This document shows, piece after piece, positions 51,979-62,624 of a stretch of 64,000 nucleotides of DNA. The stretch is from a bacterium (GTDB lineage Bacteria > Elusimicrobiota > Elusimicrobia > UBA1565 > UBA9628): the NCBI GenBank assembly GCA_021799485.1, contig JAJZAK010000001.1, positions 34,458-98,457 of the forward strand. The letters are read 5' to 3'. Positions within the stretch are counted from its first letter, which is position 1. Each line of letters starts with the position of its first letter. The notes beneath the pieces are model-generated. The model worked only from the letters and a program-made list of their open reading frames with translations, searched no databases and was not told where the DNA came from. Both the position numbers and the translations under genes were made by a program.

Positions 51979-54840
51979 ATGGAAAAAATCATCATCCGCG
52001 GCGCGCGCCAGCACAACCTCAAGAACATCAGCCTCGATCTGCCGCGGGGCAAGCTCATCGTCGTGACGGGCCTCTCCGGCTCCGGGAAATCCTCCCTCGC
52101 CTTCGACACTCTTTACGCCGAGGGCCAGCGCCGCTATGTCGAGAGCCTCTCGGCCTACGCCCGCCAGTTCCTGGAGATGAGGGAGAAGCCGGACGTGGAC
52201 TCGATCGAGGGCCTTTCCCCGGCGATCGCGATCGAACAGAGAAGCCCCTCGCACAACCCCCGCTCGACCGTCGCGACAACGACGGAAGTCTACGACCACC
52301 TGCGCCTTCTCTATGCCCGCGTCGGGCGACCTCACTGCCCCCGATGCGGACGCCTTATCATGGCGCAGTCGCCGCAGGCGATTGCCGCCGACGCTCTAAA
52401 AAGCTGGGCAGGCCAGCCCATCGTCCTCTACGCCCCGCTTGTCCAAGGCCGCCAGGGGACCTACGAGGATCTTTTCAAGCGCCTGAAGCGCTCCGGATAT
52501 ACCGCCGTGCGGGTTGACGGCAAGAGTTTTGACCTGGACGCCCCTCCCAAGCTCTCGCGCTACCAGCGGCACACGATCGAGCTTTTCATCGACCGCCTGC
52601 GCGCGGATCCAGAGGAGAAATCCCGCCTCGCGGAGGCGGTGGAGCTCGCCCTCAAGGAGTCGCGGGGCTTGGTCCGCGTCGAATCCTCCAAGGCTCCCTC
52701 CACGGGCAAGCTCATGAGCGAACATCACGCCTGCCCCGAATGCCAGACGAGCATCCCGGAGCTCGAGCCGAGGCTTTTCTCGTTCAATTCCCCCTACGGC
52801 GCCTGCCCGGCGTGCGGCGGGCTGGGCGTTAAGATCGAGGTCGATCCGGCCCTCGTGGTGCCCAACCCTTCCCTCTCCGTGCGAGAGGGCGCGATCACCG
52901 CATGGTCCGATCCCGTCACGACCAGGACCAACCGATGGAAACGATCCTGGTCGGGCTATTACTCGGAAATCCTCGAGGGGGTCTGCGGCCGCCACGGCAT
53001 CGATCCGACGGCGCCCTGGAAGGACCTGGGGCCGAAGGCCCGCCATCTTCTCCTCTATGGCGATCCCGAGCGCAACGGGGAGGAAGGGCGCTCGGGGCGA
53101 TTCGAGGGCGTCTTGCGCAACCTCGAGCGCAGGCTCGCCGAAAGCGAGTCCGACTTCGTCAAGGCGGCGATCACGGAGCGTTTCATGCGCCGCAAGATCT
53201 GCCCGGAATGCCGCGGCGCGCGCTTGAAGCCCGAGGCGCGCGCCGTGACGATCGGGGGGCTTGGGATCCATGATCTCTCCCACCTGTCCGTCTCCAGGGC
53301 CTCCGAGTTTTTATCCGGCCTCTCTTGGACGGAAAACGAGCGCGCGATCGCCAGGCTCCCTCTCAAGGAAATCCTCGCGCGCCTGCAATTCCTCAAGGAC
53401 GTCGGCCTCGACTATCTGACGCTCGACCGCGCGTCGGAGACCCTCGCGGGGGGAGAGGCTCAAAGGATTTACCTCGCGACCCAGATCGGCTCGGGGCTCA
53501 CCGGCGTCCTTTACGTCCTCGACGAGCCATCGATCGGCCTCCACCCCCGCGACAACACAAGGCTTCTGGCGACCTTGAGGCGGCTTCGCGACCTGGGGAA
53601 CACCCTGGTGGTGGTCGAGCACGACGAGGAGACGATTCGCAGCGCGGATTGGATCGTGGACTTGGGGCCCGGAGCGGGCATCCACGGAGGACAGATCGTC
53701 GCCCAAGGGCCGCTCGATCGCATCCTCGCGTCGCCGAAATCGCTCACGGGACGCAGGCTGCGCGGAGAGGATCCGCCGATCCTCCCGGGGGCCAAGCGCG
53801 AAATCAAGGGCTACCTCACCGTCTTGGGCGCCAAGCAATTCAACCTCAAATCGATCGACGTCAAAATCCCCCTCGGCCTCTTCGTATGCGTCACGGGCGT
53901 TTCCGGCTCCGGCAAGTCGACCCTCGTCTTCGATGTGCTCCATAAAGCCCTCGCCCGCAAATTCGGCGCGACGCGGGAAATTCCCGGGGAGCACCGGGCG
54001 ATCCGGGGCGCCGAGCTCATCGACAAGGCGATCGTCATCGACCAGTCGCCGATCGGGCGAACCCCGCGCTCCAATCCCGCGACCTACACCGGCCTTTGGA
54101 CCCCTATTCGCGAGCTCTTCGCCGAGCTTCCAACGGCCAAAGCCCGCGGCTACAAGCCCGGGCGGTTCTCGTTCAACGTGAAGGGCGGCCGCTGCGAGAA
54201 CTGCGAGGGAGACGGGACGCTCCGCATCTCGATGCAGTTCCTCCCCGACGTCCACGTCGTCTGCGACGAATGCCGCGGGGCGCGCTTCAACGAGGAGACC
54301 CTGGCCGTTCGCTACAAGGGGAAATCCATCGCGGACGCGCTGCGCATGACCGTGGAGGAAGCCGCGGAGTTTTTCTCGGCCCATCCCTTCATCGTGCGCA
54401 CCCTCAAAACGCTCGCGGACGTGGGACTGGGCTACATCGCCCTGGGTCAAAGCGCCACCACGCTGTCCGGAGGCGAGGCCCAGCGAGTCAAGCTCGCCTC
54501 GGAACTTTCAAGGCGCGGGACGGGGCGGACCCTCTATATTCTCGACGAGCCCACGACCGGACTTCATTTCGCAGACGTCGCGATGCTCCTCAAGGTGCTC
54601 CATCGGCTCGTCGACGCCGGCAACACCGTCCTCGTCATCGAGCACAACCTGGACGTCGTCAAGACCTCCGACTGGGTGATCGATCTCGGCCCCGAGGGCG
54701 GAGAGCGCGGCGGAGAGCTCGTCGCGGAGGGGACTCCGGCCGAACTCGCCCGGAACCCCGCTTCCTATACGGGGCGCTACCTCAAGAAAGAATTCAGCGA
54801 TCAACCCCAGCCGTCCGCGAAACTGATCGCCGAGCGCTGA
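51979..54840 (+). CDS. uvrA: excinuclease ABC subunit A
   Basis: 953 aa, two ABC ATPase modules ([10 protein letters not shown] / [10 protein letters not shown]), zinc fingers (CPECQ..., CENCEGDG). Confidence 0.95.
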   Translation: MEKIIIRGARQHNLKNISLDLPRGKLIVVTGLSGSGKSSLAFDTLYAEGQRRYVESLSAYARQFLEMREKPDVDSIEGLSPAIAIEQRSPSHNPRSTVATTTEVYDHLRLLYARVGRPHCPRCGRLIMAQSPQAIAADALKSWAGQPIVLYAPLVQGRQGTYEDLFKRLKRSGYTAVRVDGKSFDLDAPPKLSRYQRHTIELFIDRLRADPEEKSRLAEAVELALKESRGLVRVESSKAPSTGKLMSEHHACPECQTSIPELEPRLFSFNSPYGACPACGGLGVKIEVDPALVVPNPSLSVREGAITAWSDPVTTRTNRWKRSWSGYYSEILEGVCGRHGIDPTAPWKDLGPKARHLLLYGDPERNGEEGRSGRFEGVLRNLERRLAESESDFVKAAITERFMRRKICPECRGARLKPEARAVTIGGLGIHDLSHLSVSRASEFLSGLSWTENERAIARLPLKEILARLQFLKDVGLDYLTLDRASETLAGGEAQRIYLATQIGSGLTGVLYVLDEPSIGLHPRDNTRLLATLRRLRDLGNTLVVVEHDEETIRSADWIVDLGPGAGIHGGQIVAQGPLDRILASPKSLTGRRLRGEDPPILPGAKREIKGYLTVLGAKQFNLKSIDVKIPLGLFVCVTGVSGSGKSTLVFDVLHKALARKFGATREIPGEHRAIRGAELIDKAIVIDQSPIGRTPRSNPATYTGLWTPIRELFAELPTAKARGYKPGRFSFNVKGGRCENCEGDGTLRISMQFLPDVHVVCDECRGARFNEETLAVRYKGKSIADALRMTVEEAAEFFSAHPFIVRTLKTLADVGLGYIALGQSATTLSGGEAQRVKLASELSRRGTGRTLYILDEPTTGLHFADVAMLLKVLHRLVDAGNTVLVIEHNLDVVKTSDWVIDLGPEGGERGGELVAEGTPAELARNPASYTGRYLKKEFSDQPQPSAKLIAER

Positions 54841-54855
54841 CGGCTGCAAACCGTT

Positions 54856-55707
54856 CTACAGGCCGAAGTCCATGTAGGGATCGAAGGCCCGTCCCGAGCT
54901 TGAAAAACGAGGCGGGACTCGAGAGACGCGATCGGCCATCCAGCGCCGCCATTTCCTCTCCATTTGCTGAAGCGACGTATAGCGGTAGGCATCCCAGATC
55001 GCGTCTTGAACGCCCATGCCCTTTCGGAGGTCGGAGCACAGGGTGCTGAAGCGAAAACTGCCGCCGTTGGAGCGCAGAAACTGGACCAAGGCATACGCCT
55101 CCGCGTACCATTCCCCCACTCCCTCGGCGCCCCCGCCGACATCCGTGATTGGATTGAGCTTGACGAAAGTCGCCGTTGGAAACGGCAGATAGCCGCGCTG
55201 CGCGAACCCCGCCATCGCCCAATACCATTGCGACGTCGACTGGTCCGCGCTCTCCTCGGACATGGCGACGCCCTCATTGATCCAAGGCGGGGGCATGGCC
55301 CGGCCCCAATACTGCTCAAAGCGCAAATGCGTCATCTCGTGAGCCAGGATCCGCTCGATGCCCCTCTGCCGGGCGGAGGCGCAGACAAGGACCGTCTTCG
55401 GCTTGATCGCAAGCCCCTGCGACCACGCTGGCGGGCGAAAGGAGCTCGCGAGATAGCTCCCGCGGTTTCGAAAGAGATTCAACTCGATGAGGCGCTCCCG
55501 GCCCGCATAACCCAGGAACCCCAGGCCGAAATCGATCCGGCTTAATATCGAGTCGACGTTGAGGCTCCAAGCAGGCGGCAGCGTCTTGAACTCCGCGCAT
55601 GTGACGACCTTGCGCCCATGCCGGTCGGTCCAGCCCCGCGGACAAGCCGCAGAGACTCGGGCGGCGCAACTTGCCGCGAGGAGGATGCCGACGAGACGAT
55701 GGCGCAT
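54856..55707 (-). CDS. secreted zinc metallopeptidase-like protein (HExxH; peptidase MA-like), hypothetical
   Basis: Signal peptide MRHRLVGILLAASCAARVSAA, HEMTH plus downstream Glu (NEGVAMSEE). Confidence 0.45.
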   Translation of the reverse strand: MRHRLVGILLAASCAARVSAACPRGWTDRHGRKVVTCAEFKTLPPAWSLNVDSILSRIDFGLGFLGYAGRERLIELNLFRNRGSYLASSFRPPAWSQGLAIKPKTVLVCASARQRGIERILAHEMTHLRFEQYWGRAMPPPWINEGVAMSEESADQSTSQWYWAMAGFAQRGYLPFPTATFVKLNPITDVGGGAEGVGEWYAEAYALVQFLRSNGGSFRFSTLCSDLRKGMGVQDAIWDAYRYTSLQQMERKWRRWMADRVSRVPPRFSSSGRAFDPYMDFGL

Positions 55708-55783
55708 CGATGGGACGCCCCGGAGCCGTCTCCGGGATTTGCTATGATATCACTTCAATAATTCCCTGCGCGAGGTTTTATCC

Positions 55784-57238
55784 ATGGACACGATGAAGAC
55801 CCTGTTTCTCAACCCCCCTTCCTACGAAGGTTTTGACGGGGGCGCGGGCGCCCGATATCAGGCCCGGCGAGAGATCCGCTCTTTCTGGTACCCCACGTGG
55901 CTTGCCCAGCCGGCGGCGCTGATCCCCAATTCCAAGCTCATCGACGCCCCCGCGGATGACCTCACCGTCGAGGAAACCCTCCGGCGCGCCAAGGACTGCG
56001 AGCTCGCCATCCTCCACACCTCGACCCCCTCCTTCGACAACGACGTCCGCTTCGCCCAAGCGCTCAAGGATCAGAACCCGAGCATCAAGGTCGGCCTCGT
56101 GGGCGCCCACGTGGCGGTCCTGCCGGAAGAGTCCCTCAAGGCGAGCGCGGCGCTTGATTTCGTGGCCCGCGAGGAGTTCGATTTCACGATCCTCGACGTC
56201 GCCCGGGGCAAACCCCTGGCGGACATCCCGGGGCTGAGCTACCGCCAAAACGGCGCCGTCTCCCATAATCCCGACCGGGAGCTCATCGGCGACATGGACT
56301 CCCTGCCGAGCGTCATCGACGTCTACAAGAGGGATCTCACGATCGAGAATTACTATATCGGGTACTTGAAGCACCCCTATGTTTCCCTCTACACCGGCCG
56401 CGGATGCCCCGCGCGCTGCACCTTCTGCCTCTGGCCGCAGACGGTCGGCGGCCACGTCTACCGGACCAAAAGCGCCAAGAAGGTGATCTCCGAGATGGCG
56501 CGAGCCGCCGAGCTTTTCCCCCAAGTCAAGGAATTTTTCTTCGACGACGACACCTTCACGGCCGATCTCGCCCGCGCCGCGGAGATCGCCAAGGGCCTCG
56601 GCCGACTGGGCTTGACCTGGTCCTGCAACGCTCGCGCGAACGTGCCCTACGAGTATCTCAAGATATTCCGCGACAACGGCCTGCGCCTTCTCCTCGTCGG
56701 CTACGAATCGGGGAACCAACAGATTCTCAACAACATCAAGAAGGGCATCCGCATCGACATCGCCAGGGAATTCACCCGCAACTGCCGTTCGCTTGGCATC
56801 ACAATCCACGGAACCTTCATCCTGGGCTTGCCCGGCGAAAACCAAGAGACGATCGAGGAGTCGATCCGCTACGCCTGTGATCTGGACGTCGACACCATCC
56901 AAGTCTCCCTCGCGGCCCCCTATCCCGGAACGGAACTCTACCGCCAAGCCATGGCCAACAAATGGTTCGACGAGAACGCGCTCGTGCGCAACGACGGGAC
57001 CCAGGCCTGCACCCTCGAATATCCGCATTTGACGGGGGACGACATCGCGGCCGGCGTGAAGCGATTTTATTCCCGGTTTTACTTCAGGCCCCGCCCCATC
57101 GGGCGCATGATCCTGCAGATGGCGCGCGATCCCCACGAGCGTCGGCGGCGCCTTCGCGAAGGCATCGAGTTCTTGAGCTACCTAAAAAAACGGACGAAAG
57201 AACCCTCCGCGGCCGCTTCCCAGACGGTGCCAGCTTAG
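55784..57238 (+). CDS. B12-binding radical SAM protein, hopanoid-associated HpnJ-like
   Basis: N-terminal B12-binding-like domain, radical SAM CxxxCxxC in GRGCPARCTFCLWPQ. Start MKTLFLNPPSYEGFDGGAGARYQARREIRSFWYPTWLAQPAAL recalled as HpnJ-family N-terminus. Followed by HpnI-like and HpnK-like genes. Confidence 0.65.
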   Translation: MDTMKTLFLNPPSYEGFDGGAGARYQARREIRSFWYPTWLAQPAALIPNSKLIDAPADDLTVEETLRRAKDCELAILHTSTPSFDNDVRFAQALKDQNPSIKVGLVGAHVAVLPEESLKASAALDFVAREEFDFTILDVARGKPLADIPGLSYRQNGAVSHNPDRELIGDMDSLPSVIDVYKRDLTIENYYIGYLKHPYVSLYTGRGCPARCTFCLWPQTVGGHVYRTKSAKKVISEMARAAELFPQVKEFFFDDDTFTADLARAAEIAKGLGRLGLTWSCNARANVPYEYLKIFRDNGLRLLLVGYESGNQQILNNIKKGIRIDIAREFTRNCRSLGITIHGTFILGLPGENQETIEESIRYACDLDVDTIQVSLAAPYPGTELYRQAMANKWFDENALVRNDGTQACTLEYPHLTGDDIAAGVKRFYSRFYFRPRPIGRMILQMARDPHERRRRLREGIEFLSYLKKRTKEPSAAASQTVPA

Positions 57239-57253
57239 GGCTCATTCCGCCCC

Positions 57254-58543
57254 GTGGCTTGGCTCCTCAAGGCCGTCGCGGCGGCCACCGGGGTGTTCTC
57301 GGCTTTTTTCTTTCTCGCCTCGTTGGCCTTGCTCCGCCGCCGCTTCGCGAAAAGCAAAGGCAAGGGGGGTCCGGCTTTCGGTTTTTTCGAAACAGAATCC
57401 GCAAAATCCAAAAAAATCGAAAACCGGACCCCCCAAGACCTGCCTCCCGTCACAATCCTCAAACCCTTGCGCGGGACGGACCCGGACCTGGATGAAAATC
57501 TCGAGAGCTTCTGCCGCCAGGACTACCCCTCCTTCCAGATCGTCCTAACCGCGCAGGACCCCGACGACCCCGCCCTCCCCGCCGCGCGGCGGCTGCAAAA
57601 AAAATTCCCCGACATACCCATTGACGTCACGGTCGGCTCCAGGCCTCTCGGGAACAATCCCAAGATCAACAACTTGGCCGGCGGAGTTCCGCTCGCTCGC
57701 CACGATCTCTGGCTTATCTCGGACTCCGACGTCAAGGTGGACGAGGGCTTTTTAAAAAACGCCGTGATCAAGCTTCGCCGCGAAAAGCTCTCGTTGGTAT
57801 CGGCGTTTTATCTCTCGACGGGGGCCTCGACGGCGTGGGAGCGGCTCGAGGGCCTTCTCCTCAACGCCCATTTCACGCCCGCGGCGGTCGTCGGCGCGGC
57901 GCTCGGCAAGCCCTTCGCCATGGGGGCCGCGATGCTGGTCGACAGGCCCGCCCTGGAGCGCGTCGGCGGCTTGGGCGCCATCGCCGACTATCTCGCGGAC
58001 GACTACCGGCTCGCCCTGGAAATCGCGCGGGCGCGCGGGCGCGTTGGATTCGCGGACGAGCTCGTCAAAACCCGAAACGCCTGCCCGACCCTCGCGCATT
58101 ACTGGATCCGGGAGAGCCGGTATTTTGGCACCCTTCGAGTATGCGACCCGGCCGGGTACGCGGGATTGCTTTTTCTCCAGGGTTTTTCCATCCTCTCTCT
58201 GCGGATCGCCTTCTTCGGGCCCGACCCCGTCAGCCTCTGTCTCGCGGCCGCCATTCTCGCCTCAAGGGCGGCTTTTTTATCCGCCATCCTGGGCCTCGGC
58301 TCCGGCCGACGGCCTTCATGGAGAGACTACCTCCTTCTGCCCGTCGGCGAATGGTCGTCATTCGGGCTTTGGATTGCCGGCTTCTTCGCCCGCTCGGTCT
58401 CATGGCGCGGCCGGCGTTATAAGATCGTCCGGGGTGGGCGCCTGGAGCCAGTCAAGGAGGCGGCCGGAACGAAAACGGATGGAACGTTCGCGTCTTCCGG
58501 CTTCTCGCTTCCTCCTTCGAGCTCCAAGACAGCCGCCGCATGA
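57254..58543 (+). CDS. GT2/GT21-like glycosyltransferase, HpnI / ceramide-glucosyltransferase-like
   Basis: PPVTILKPLRGTDPDLDENLESFCRQDYP (the ILKPL-G-D motif of GT21/HpnI), DSD...D catalytic region, C-terminal TM helices. Confidence 0.6.
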   Translation: MAWLLKAVAAATGVFSAFFFLASLALLRRRFAKSKGKGGPAFGFFETESAKSKKIENRTPQDLPPVTILKPLRGTDPDLDENLESFCRQDYPSFQIVLTAQDPDDPALPAARRLQKKFPDIPIDVTVGSRPLGNNPKINNLAGGVPLARHDLWLISDSDVKVDEGFLKNAVIKLRREKLSLVSAFYLSTGASTAWERLEGLLLNAHFTPAAVVGAALGKPFAMGAAMLVDRPALERVGGLGAIADYLADDYRLALEIARARGRVGFADELVKTRNACPTLAHYWIRESRYFGTLRVCDPAGYAGLLFLQGFSILSLRIAFFGPDPVSLCLAAAILASRAAFLSAILGLGSGRRPSWRDYLLLPVGEWSSFGLWIAGFFARSVSWRGRRYKIVRGGRLEPVKEAAGTKTDGTFASSGFSLPPSSSKTAAA

Positions 58544-59532
58544 AGATTTTCGAGCGAATCGTCCTCATCGCAGGCTTCGCGACGCTGGCGGCTCTCGTCA
58601 TCAAGCTCAATCCATCGGTCGTCGCCCACGATATCATGACGGTCGGATGGGGTTTTCTCCTCATCCTCCCGTTCCCGGTCTTCGACAACATCTTCAATTC
58701 GATCGCCTGGCGTTTCTCGTTTTCAAGGCACGAGGCCAAAGGGCTTCCCTTTCTCGCGCTTTTTAGGGGCCGCGTGGCCGGAGACGGGGTGAATTACTTG
58801 ACCCCGAGCGGGACCATCGCCGGCGAATTCGTCCGTCCCGGCATGCTGGGCGACATCCGAACCGCCGAGGTCAAAAACGCGAGCGTCATCGTGGCGAAGC
58901 TCTCGCAGAGCCTCGCGCAGGCGCTATTCATCCTCATCGGCCTTTTTTTCGTCATCGACGGCCCGCTGCATTTCTTAAACGGCCGGTCGAGGCATCTGGC
59001 GACGGGGTGGGCCCTGCTCGTCGGGACGATCATCCTGGGCTCCGTCGCCTTCCTCGCCATGAAGCCGGCGCCCGGGAAACGCCCGTGGCAGGCGCAGGGG
59101 CGCTTCGCGGCCTTGCGCGCCGTCATCCGCGGATACCTTCTCGATCATCCCGTGCGCTTGACGGCGTCGATCCTCTTTTTCGGCTTGGGCTATCTCTGGG
59201 GCGCCGCCGAGGTCCTTCTCATCACCCGCTTCATGGGCCTGTCTCTTCCCCTTGAGACCGCCCTGGCCGTCGAGGTCCTCTCCAATATCCTCGACTCCCT
59301 CATGTTCATGGTCCCGGCGAAGGTGGGCACTCAGGAAGCCGGGAAAACGGCCATCTTCTATTGGCTGGGCTATCCCGCGAGCCAGGGCTTGGCCTTCGGG
59401 CTCATCCGGCACCTGCGGGAGATCCTCTGGGCCGCCGCGGGGTTTCTGCTCTACGCCGTCAACCGCCGCTCGCTCCCTTCGGCCGCGGCTCCTCCACGAG
59501 CTCTATCCGAGCTGTTGCGAGAGCCTCTTTGA
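58540..59532 (+). CDS. UPF0104 / lysylphosphatidylglycerol-synthase-TM-region-like (flippase-like) membrane protein
   Basis: About 8 TM helices. Resembles the LPG_synthase_TM / TIGR00374 family pattern (GDGVNYLTPSGTIAGEFVRP). Confidence 0.5.
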   Translation: MKIFERIVLIAGFATLAALVIKLNPSVVAHDIMTVGWGFLLILPFPVFDNIFNSIAWRFSFSRHEAKGLPFLALFRGRVAGDGVNYLTPSGTIAGEFVRPGMLGDIRTAEVKNASVIVAKLSQSLAQALFILIGLFFVIDGPLHFLNGRSRHLATGWALLVGTIILGSVAFLAMKPAPGKRPWQAQGRFAALRAVIRGYLLDHPVRLTASILFFGLGYLWGAAEVLLITRFMGLSLPLETALAVEVLSNILDSLMFMVPAKVGTQEAGKTAIFYWLGYPASQGLAFGLIRHLREILWAAAGFLLYAVNRRSLPSAAAPPRALSELLREPL

Positions 59533-60274
59533 CGCGGGGGCTGCGCAGGCACTGGAACTCCTCGTAAGAATGGTGGCTGCTCGTGGGCCGGCCGCGTCCG
59601 CTCGCATCCCTGTCCGAAGGCTCGGCGCTTGGGTGGAAGTACATCTCGGAGAGTCCCTGGGGAAGCCTCGAAAGAAGGTGAACGACGTAATCCTCGCTCA
59701 TGAGTCCCGAGCGCATCAGCCCCCACGTCCTTTCGGGGAGCAGGACTCCGTGCGTTTTCCTGCGCAGATAACGCCCCAAGGCCTCATAGGTCGCCGCCAA
59801 GGCCGCCCGTCCCGCGGCTCCCGTTTTTTCATACCCCCGCCAGGCACGCCACTCCCCGTTCGGCAGCCTCGTGCGCGGGATGCCGTACTCCCTCGCGAGC
59901 CTCGTGAGAACGGGAAAGATCGTGGGATGGGCGTGGAGATGGAAATGGCCGTCGATATGCGTGGGCTTGAGTCCCATCGCCAGGAACTTCTCGATCTGGG
60001 CTCTCATGAGCGGCTCGACGGCGCGACGGCCCGAGGGGAGGCCGAAATAACGGATTCCCCACAGGGCGGGATTCTCCCGGCACAGCTCGACGTGGATGCC
60101 GACGCCCAGGCCCGGGTTTTTCTTGGCGATCGCCGCCGCTTCGTCGGCGTAAGGGCCGTCGACCATCAGGCTCGCATAGCGGAGTATTCCCTCGCGGTAG
60201 CCTCGCAGGACCGCCTCGTTTAAGCCCCGGGTCAGGCCGAAATCATCCGCCGTGACGATGAGACGCTTGGCCAT
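59459..60274 (-). CDS. YdjC/ChbG-family carbohydrate deacetylase, HpnK-like
   Basis: Start MAKRLIVTADDFGLTRGLNEAVLRGY is the YdjC/HpnK N-terminal motif. The upstream ORF-track extension is discarded. Confidence 0.7.
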   Translation of the reverse strand: MAKRLIVTADDFGLTRGLNEAVLRGYREGILRYASLMVDGPYADEAAAIAKKNPGLGVGIHVELCRENPALWGIRYFGLPSGRRAVEPLMRAQIEKFLAMGLKPTHIDGHFHLHAHPTIFPVLTRLAREYGIPRTRLPNGEWRAWRGYEKTGAAGRAALAATYEALGRYLRRKTHGVLLPERTWGLMRSGLMSEDYVVHLLSRLPQGLSEMYFHPSAEPSDRDASGRGRPTSSHHSYEEFQCLRSPRVKEALATARIELVEEPRPKGASGG

Positions 60275-60291
60275 GGGCTCAGTCGCCGGGC

Positions 60292-60759
60292 TTAATCCGG
60301 CCTGCTGACAATTTGAAGCTCGCAACTCTGGCACGTTGAATTGGATGGGGAACACTTTTGTTGGACGGTCACCGGCGCCCCCAGCGGGTCCTCCGGATTA
60401 TTGCAGATCACCTGGCAAGCGCAATTAGGAGGCATGGCGCTTCCCGCGGCGCCGGCAGACACGGTCGCTTGCGGGGTGGTGCCGCATTGCGCGCACGGCC
60501 AGCCCTGGATATTGGGACAGGCATCGGCGCAGGAGGGCGACTGGGCATTCAACTGATAGGGGACCCAGGCCGTGTCCAAGACCGCGTAGATGCTTTCGCT
60601 CATCGTCCTGCCCGTCTCCGAGTTCTGCTGCCTCATGCCCAACGTGTAGCGGGCCAAAAAAAGCTGGGATAGAAAGGCCGCGATCACCGCGACAACGATG
60701 CTGACAACGAGGACGTAGAGGAGGACGGAACCATCGCGGTTCCTCAATTGGGATCGCAT
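60292..60759 (-). CDS. GspK-like minor pseudopilin-like protein, Cys-rich, hypothetical
   Basis: Start MRSQLRNRDGSVLLYVLVVSIVVAVIAAFL (pseudopilin-like hydrophobic N-terminus lacking Glu+5, as in GspK). About 10 Cys in the mature part. TAATG overlap with upstream gene. Confidence 0.4.
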   Translation of the reverse strand: MRSQLRNRDGSVLLYVLVVSIVVAVIAAFLSQLFLARYTLGMRQQNSETGRTMSESIYAVLDTAWVPYQLNAQSPSCADACPNIQGWPCAQCGTTPQATVSAGAAGSAMPPNCACQVICNNPEDPLGAPVTVQQKCSPSNSTCQSCELQIVSRPD

Positions 60760-61430
60760 TATCCGCCCCCCAGATTGATCGGGAAGGCCGTCGTCACCAT
60801 CAAGTCGCTCGGGATGACCCCCTCCGTGCCCGCTTTGGTGCCGACGCAAAAATTGGCCTCGATTTGGGCGAGCGGCATGTTGACGACGAAGTTGGGACGC
60901 CCCTCCCCGGTAGGATAGCATGTGAGAGCGGCCGACCCCACCGGCGGGGCGGCGAAAAAGCTGCCGGCGGACAGAATTTGAGTGGGATCGCTGCCAGTGC
61001 AAGGGCAGTGGCCGCCATTCCCGATGGTAGCGCTGTAGCGGGTGCCCCATAGATTATTATCCCCATCCACCCAGTAATGAAAACAAACGATCATATCGTT
61101 CGGGTTATTGCTCAACGGCCCCGCCACGTCGATGCCGTTGACGGAGAGCGAGTTCGGCGTATAGGAGCTCGGCGCGGACCAGTTATCGCAGCCGCCGATG
61201 CTGGTCGAATTGTTCGTCTGGCTGGCGTCGATGGAGGTGGCGTTTCGGAAATCGCTCAGCATCGTCTCGATGTTGAGCGCGGTCATTCCGCTGACTCTCG
61301 CCTGTCTAGATCCCTTGAGCTGATACTGCACCATCGTGCTCATGAGCATCAGAGCCGCCGACATGACGACGGTGACCAGGAGAATACCGACAATAAGCTC
61401 AATAAGGGTGAATCCACGTTGGCTTTTCAT
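60759..61430 (-). CDS. type IV pilin / T2SS pseudopilin-like protein (prepilin-type N-terminal methylation motif)
   Basis: Start MKSQRGFTLIELIVGILLV (G|FTLIEL cleavage/methylation motif). The upstream part of the 265-aa ORF-track entry is discarded. Confidence 0.6.
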   Translation of the reverse strand: MKSQRGFTLIELIVGILLVTVVMSAALMLMSTMVQYQLKGSRQARVSGMTALNIETMLSDFRNATSIDASQTNNSTSIGGCDNWSAPSSYTPNSLSVNGIDVAGPLSNNPNDMIVCFHYWVDGDNNLWGTRYSATIGNGGHCPCTGSDPTQILSAGSFFAAPPVGSAALTCYPTGEGRPNFVVNMPLAQIEANFCVGTKAGTEGVIPSDLMVTTAFPINLGGG

Positions 61431-61972
61431 GGACACATTTGCGAGCAAGACGGCACGACACAACCTGGCTGACCGGGAGGGCACCAGGACATAGTAATCG
61501 TGACGGAGCTGATTTGGGCTCCAGGGGGCCCAATAGCCGGGCCCACGCAATAGCACATGTTGGCGCGGCTCCCAGCGGAGGCCAATTGGGGCGGAAGATA
61601 GCTGTTGGCTTGATGATAGCCTTGGCTTAAAGCATACCCGCTATTGGGCCCCGTATCACCCGGAAACTGCCATCCCGAATTGCCGGGGGGACATAAGGGA
61701 TTCTGGGGATTCGACGCGTTGCAACCGCCGCAGCCGGGCGCGGCGAAATTCATGTTATTGACGAAAGAACAGTCCTGCGTCGGGGTCACGTATCTCCTCA
61801 GCTGATCCGCGAGGCCTCGCACCGCGTCGCTTCCGACAAGCGTATTATTGGCGATCGGGCCGCTCTGCTTGACCGACAAGACGACGCTGATGACCCCCAT
61901 GGCGATGATGCTGGTCAAGAGGATCGAGACCAGGATTTCCGCGAGCGAAAAGCCCCTTTCCCCGAGTTTCAT
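61427..61972 (-). CDS. type IV pilin / pseudopilin-like protein, Cys-rich
   Basis: MKLGERGFSLAEILVSILL (prepilin motif). About 11 Cys in mature region. Confidence 0.6.
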   Translation of the reverse strand: MKLGERGFSLAEILVSILLTSIIAMGVISVVLSVKQSGPIANNTLVGSDAVRGLADQLRRYVTPTQDCSFVNNMNFAAPGCGGCNASNPQNPLCPPGNSGWQFPGDTGPNSGYALSQGYHQANSYLPPQLASAGSRANMCYCVGPAIGPPGAQISSVTITMSWCPPGQPGCVVPSCSQMCP

Positions 61973-61973
61973 C

Positions 61974-62621
61974 TTATTCGCATCCCGCTCCCGCCTGGGC
62001 GCAGTAAGTCACGCCGCCGTTGAAGGACCCGCTCGCGGGCGCCCCGCCGAAAGGGCAGACGCAGCCCAGTTGGACGTATTCGTAGGCCCAACTCGCGAAA
62101 GGCTTGTCGTTGGTCCCCAGGTTCGTCATCAAGTCCGGGTCGGCGCAGTTCCCGGGCGGATTAGGCTGGCGCGCGGCATAGGCATAGCCGGGCCGCGGCG
62201 CTCCGTTCGGCGTGCTTGGAGCCCCCAGAGGGTCGCCGATGGAATAGAGATACGGCAGACAGTTGAAATCCTGGACGCTTAAATAGCCGCAGGCGACGAT
62301 CTGGCAGGGATCGGCCGCGCTGCCATTATTGAAGATGTAACGGGTGGAGCAACTTATGCCGCCGTCGTCGCAGCATTCCGTATTGCAGCTTGAAGTCAGA
62401 TTGCTGGCGGTAAAAGACGTCACGTTTGGATGATCCACCAAATACATCCTGACGGCGGCTCCGATCATGGCGGTCATGCTCGATGCGTGATCGGCCTTCG
62501 CCACCTCGACGTTCTTGTAATACTGGGCGACGCCCATGGAGGCCAGTATTCCCACGATCACGAGGACAACCAGGATTTCCACGAGGGTGAAACCTCTCCT
62601 CGACGCCGGGCTCGCGATCAT
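61974..62621 (-). CDS. type IV pilin-like protein, Cys-rich paralog
   Basis: MIASPASRRGFTLVEILVVLVIVGILA (prepilin motif), about 13 Cys. Shares DPCQIVACGYLSVQDFNCLPYLY motif with next gene. Confidence 0.65.
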   Translation of the reverse strand: MIASPASRRGFTLVEILVVLVIVGILASMGVAQYYKNVEVAKADHASSMTAMIGAAVRMYLVDHPNVTSFTASNLTSSCNTECCDDGGISCSTRYIFNNGSAADPCQIVACGYLSVQDFNCLPYLYSIGDPLGAPSTPNGAPRPGYAYAARQPNPPGNCADPDLMTNLGTNDKPFASWAYEYVQLGCVCPFGGAPASGSFNGGVTYCAQAGAGCE

Positions 62622-62624
62622 GGC

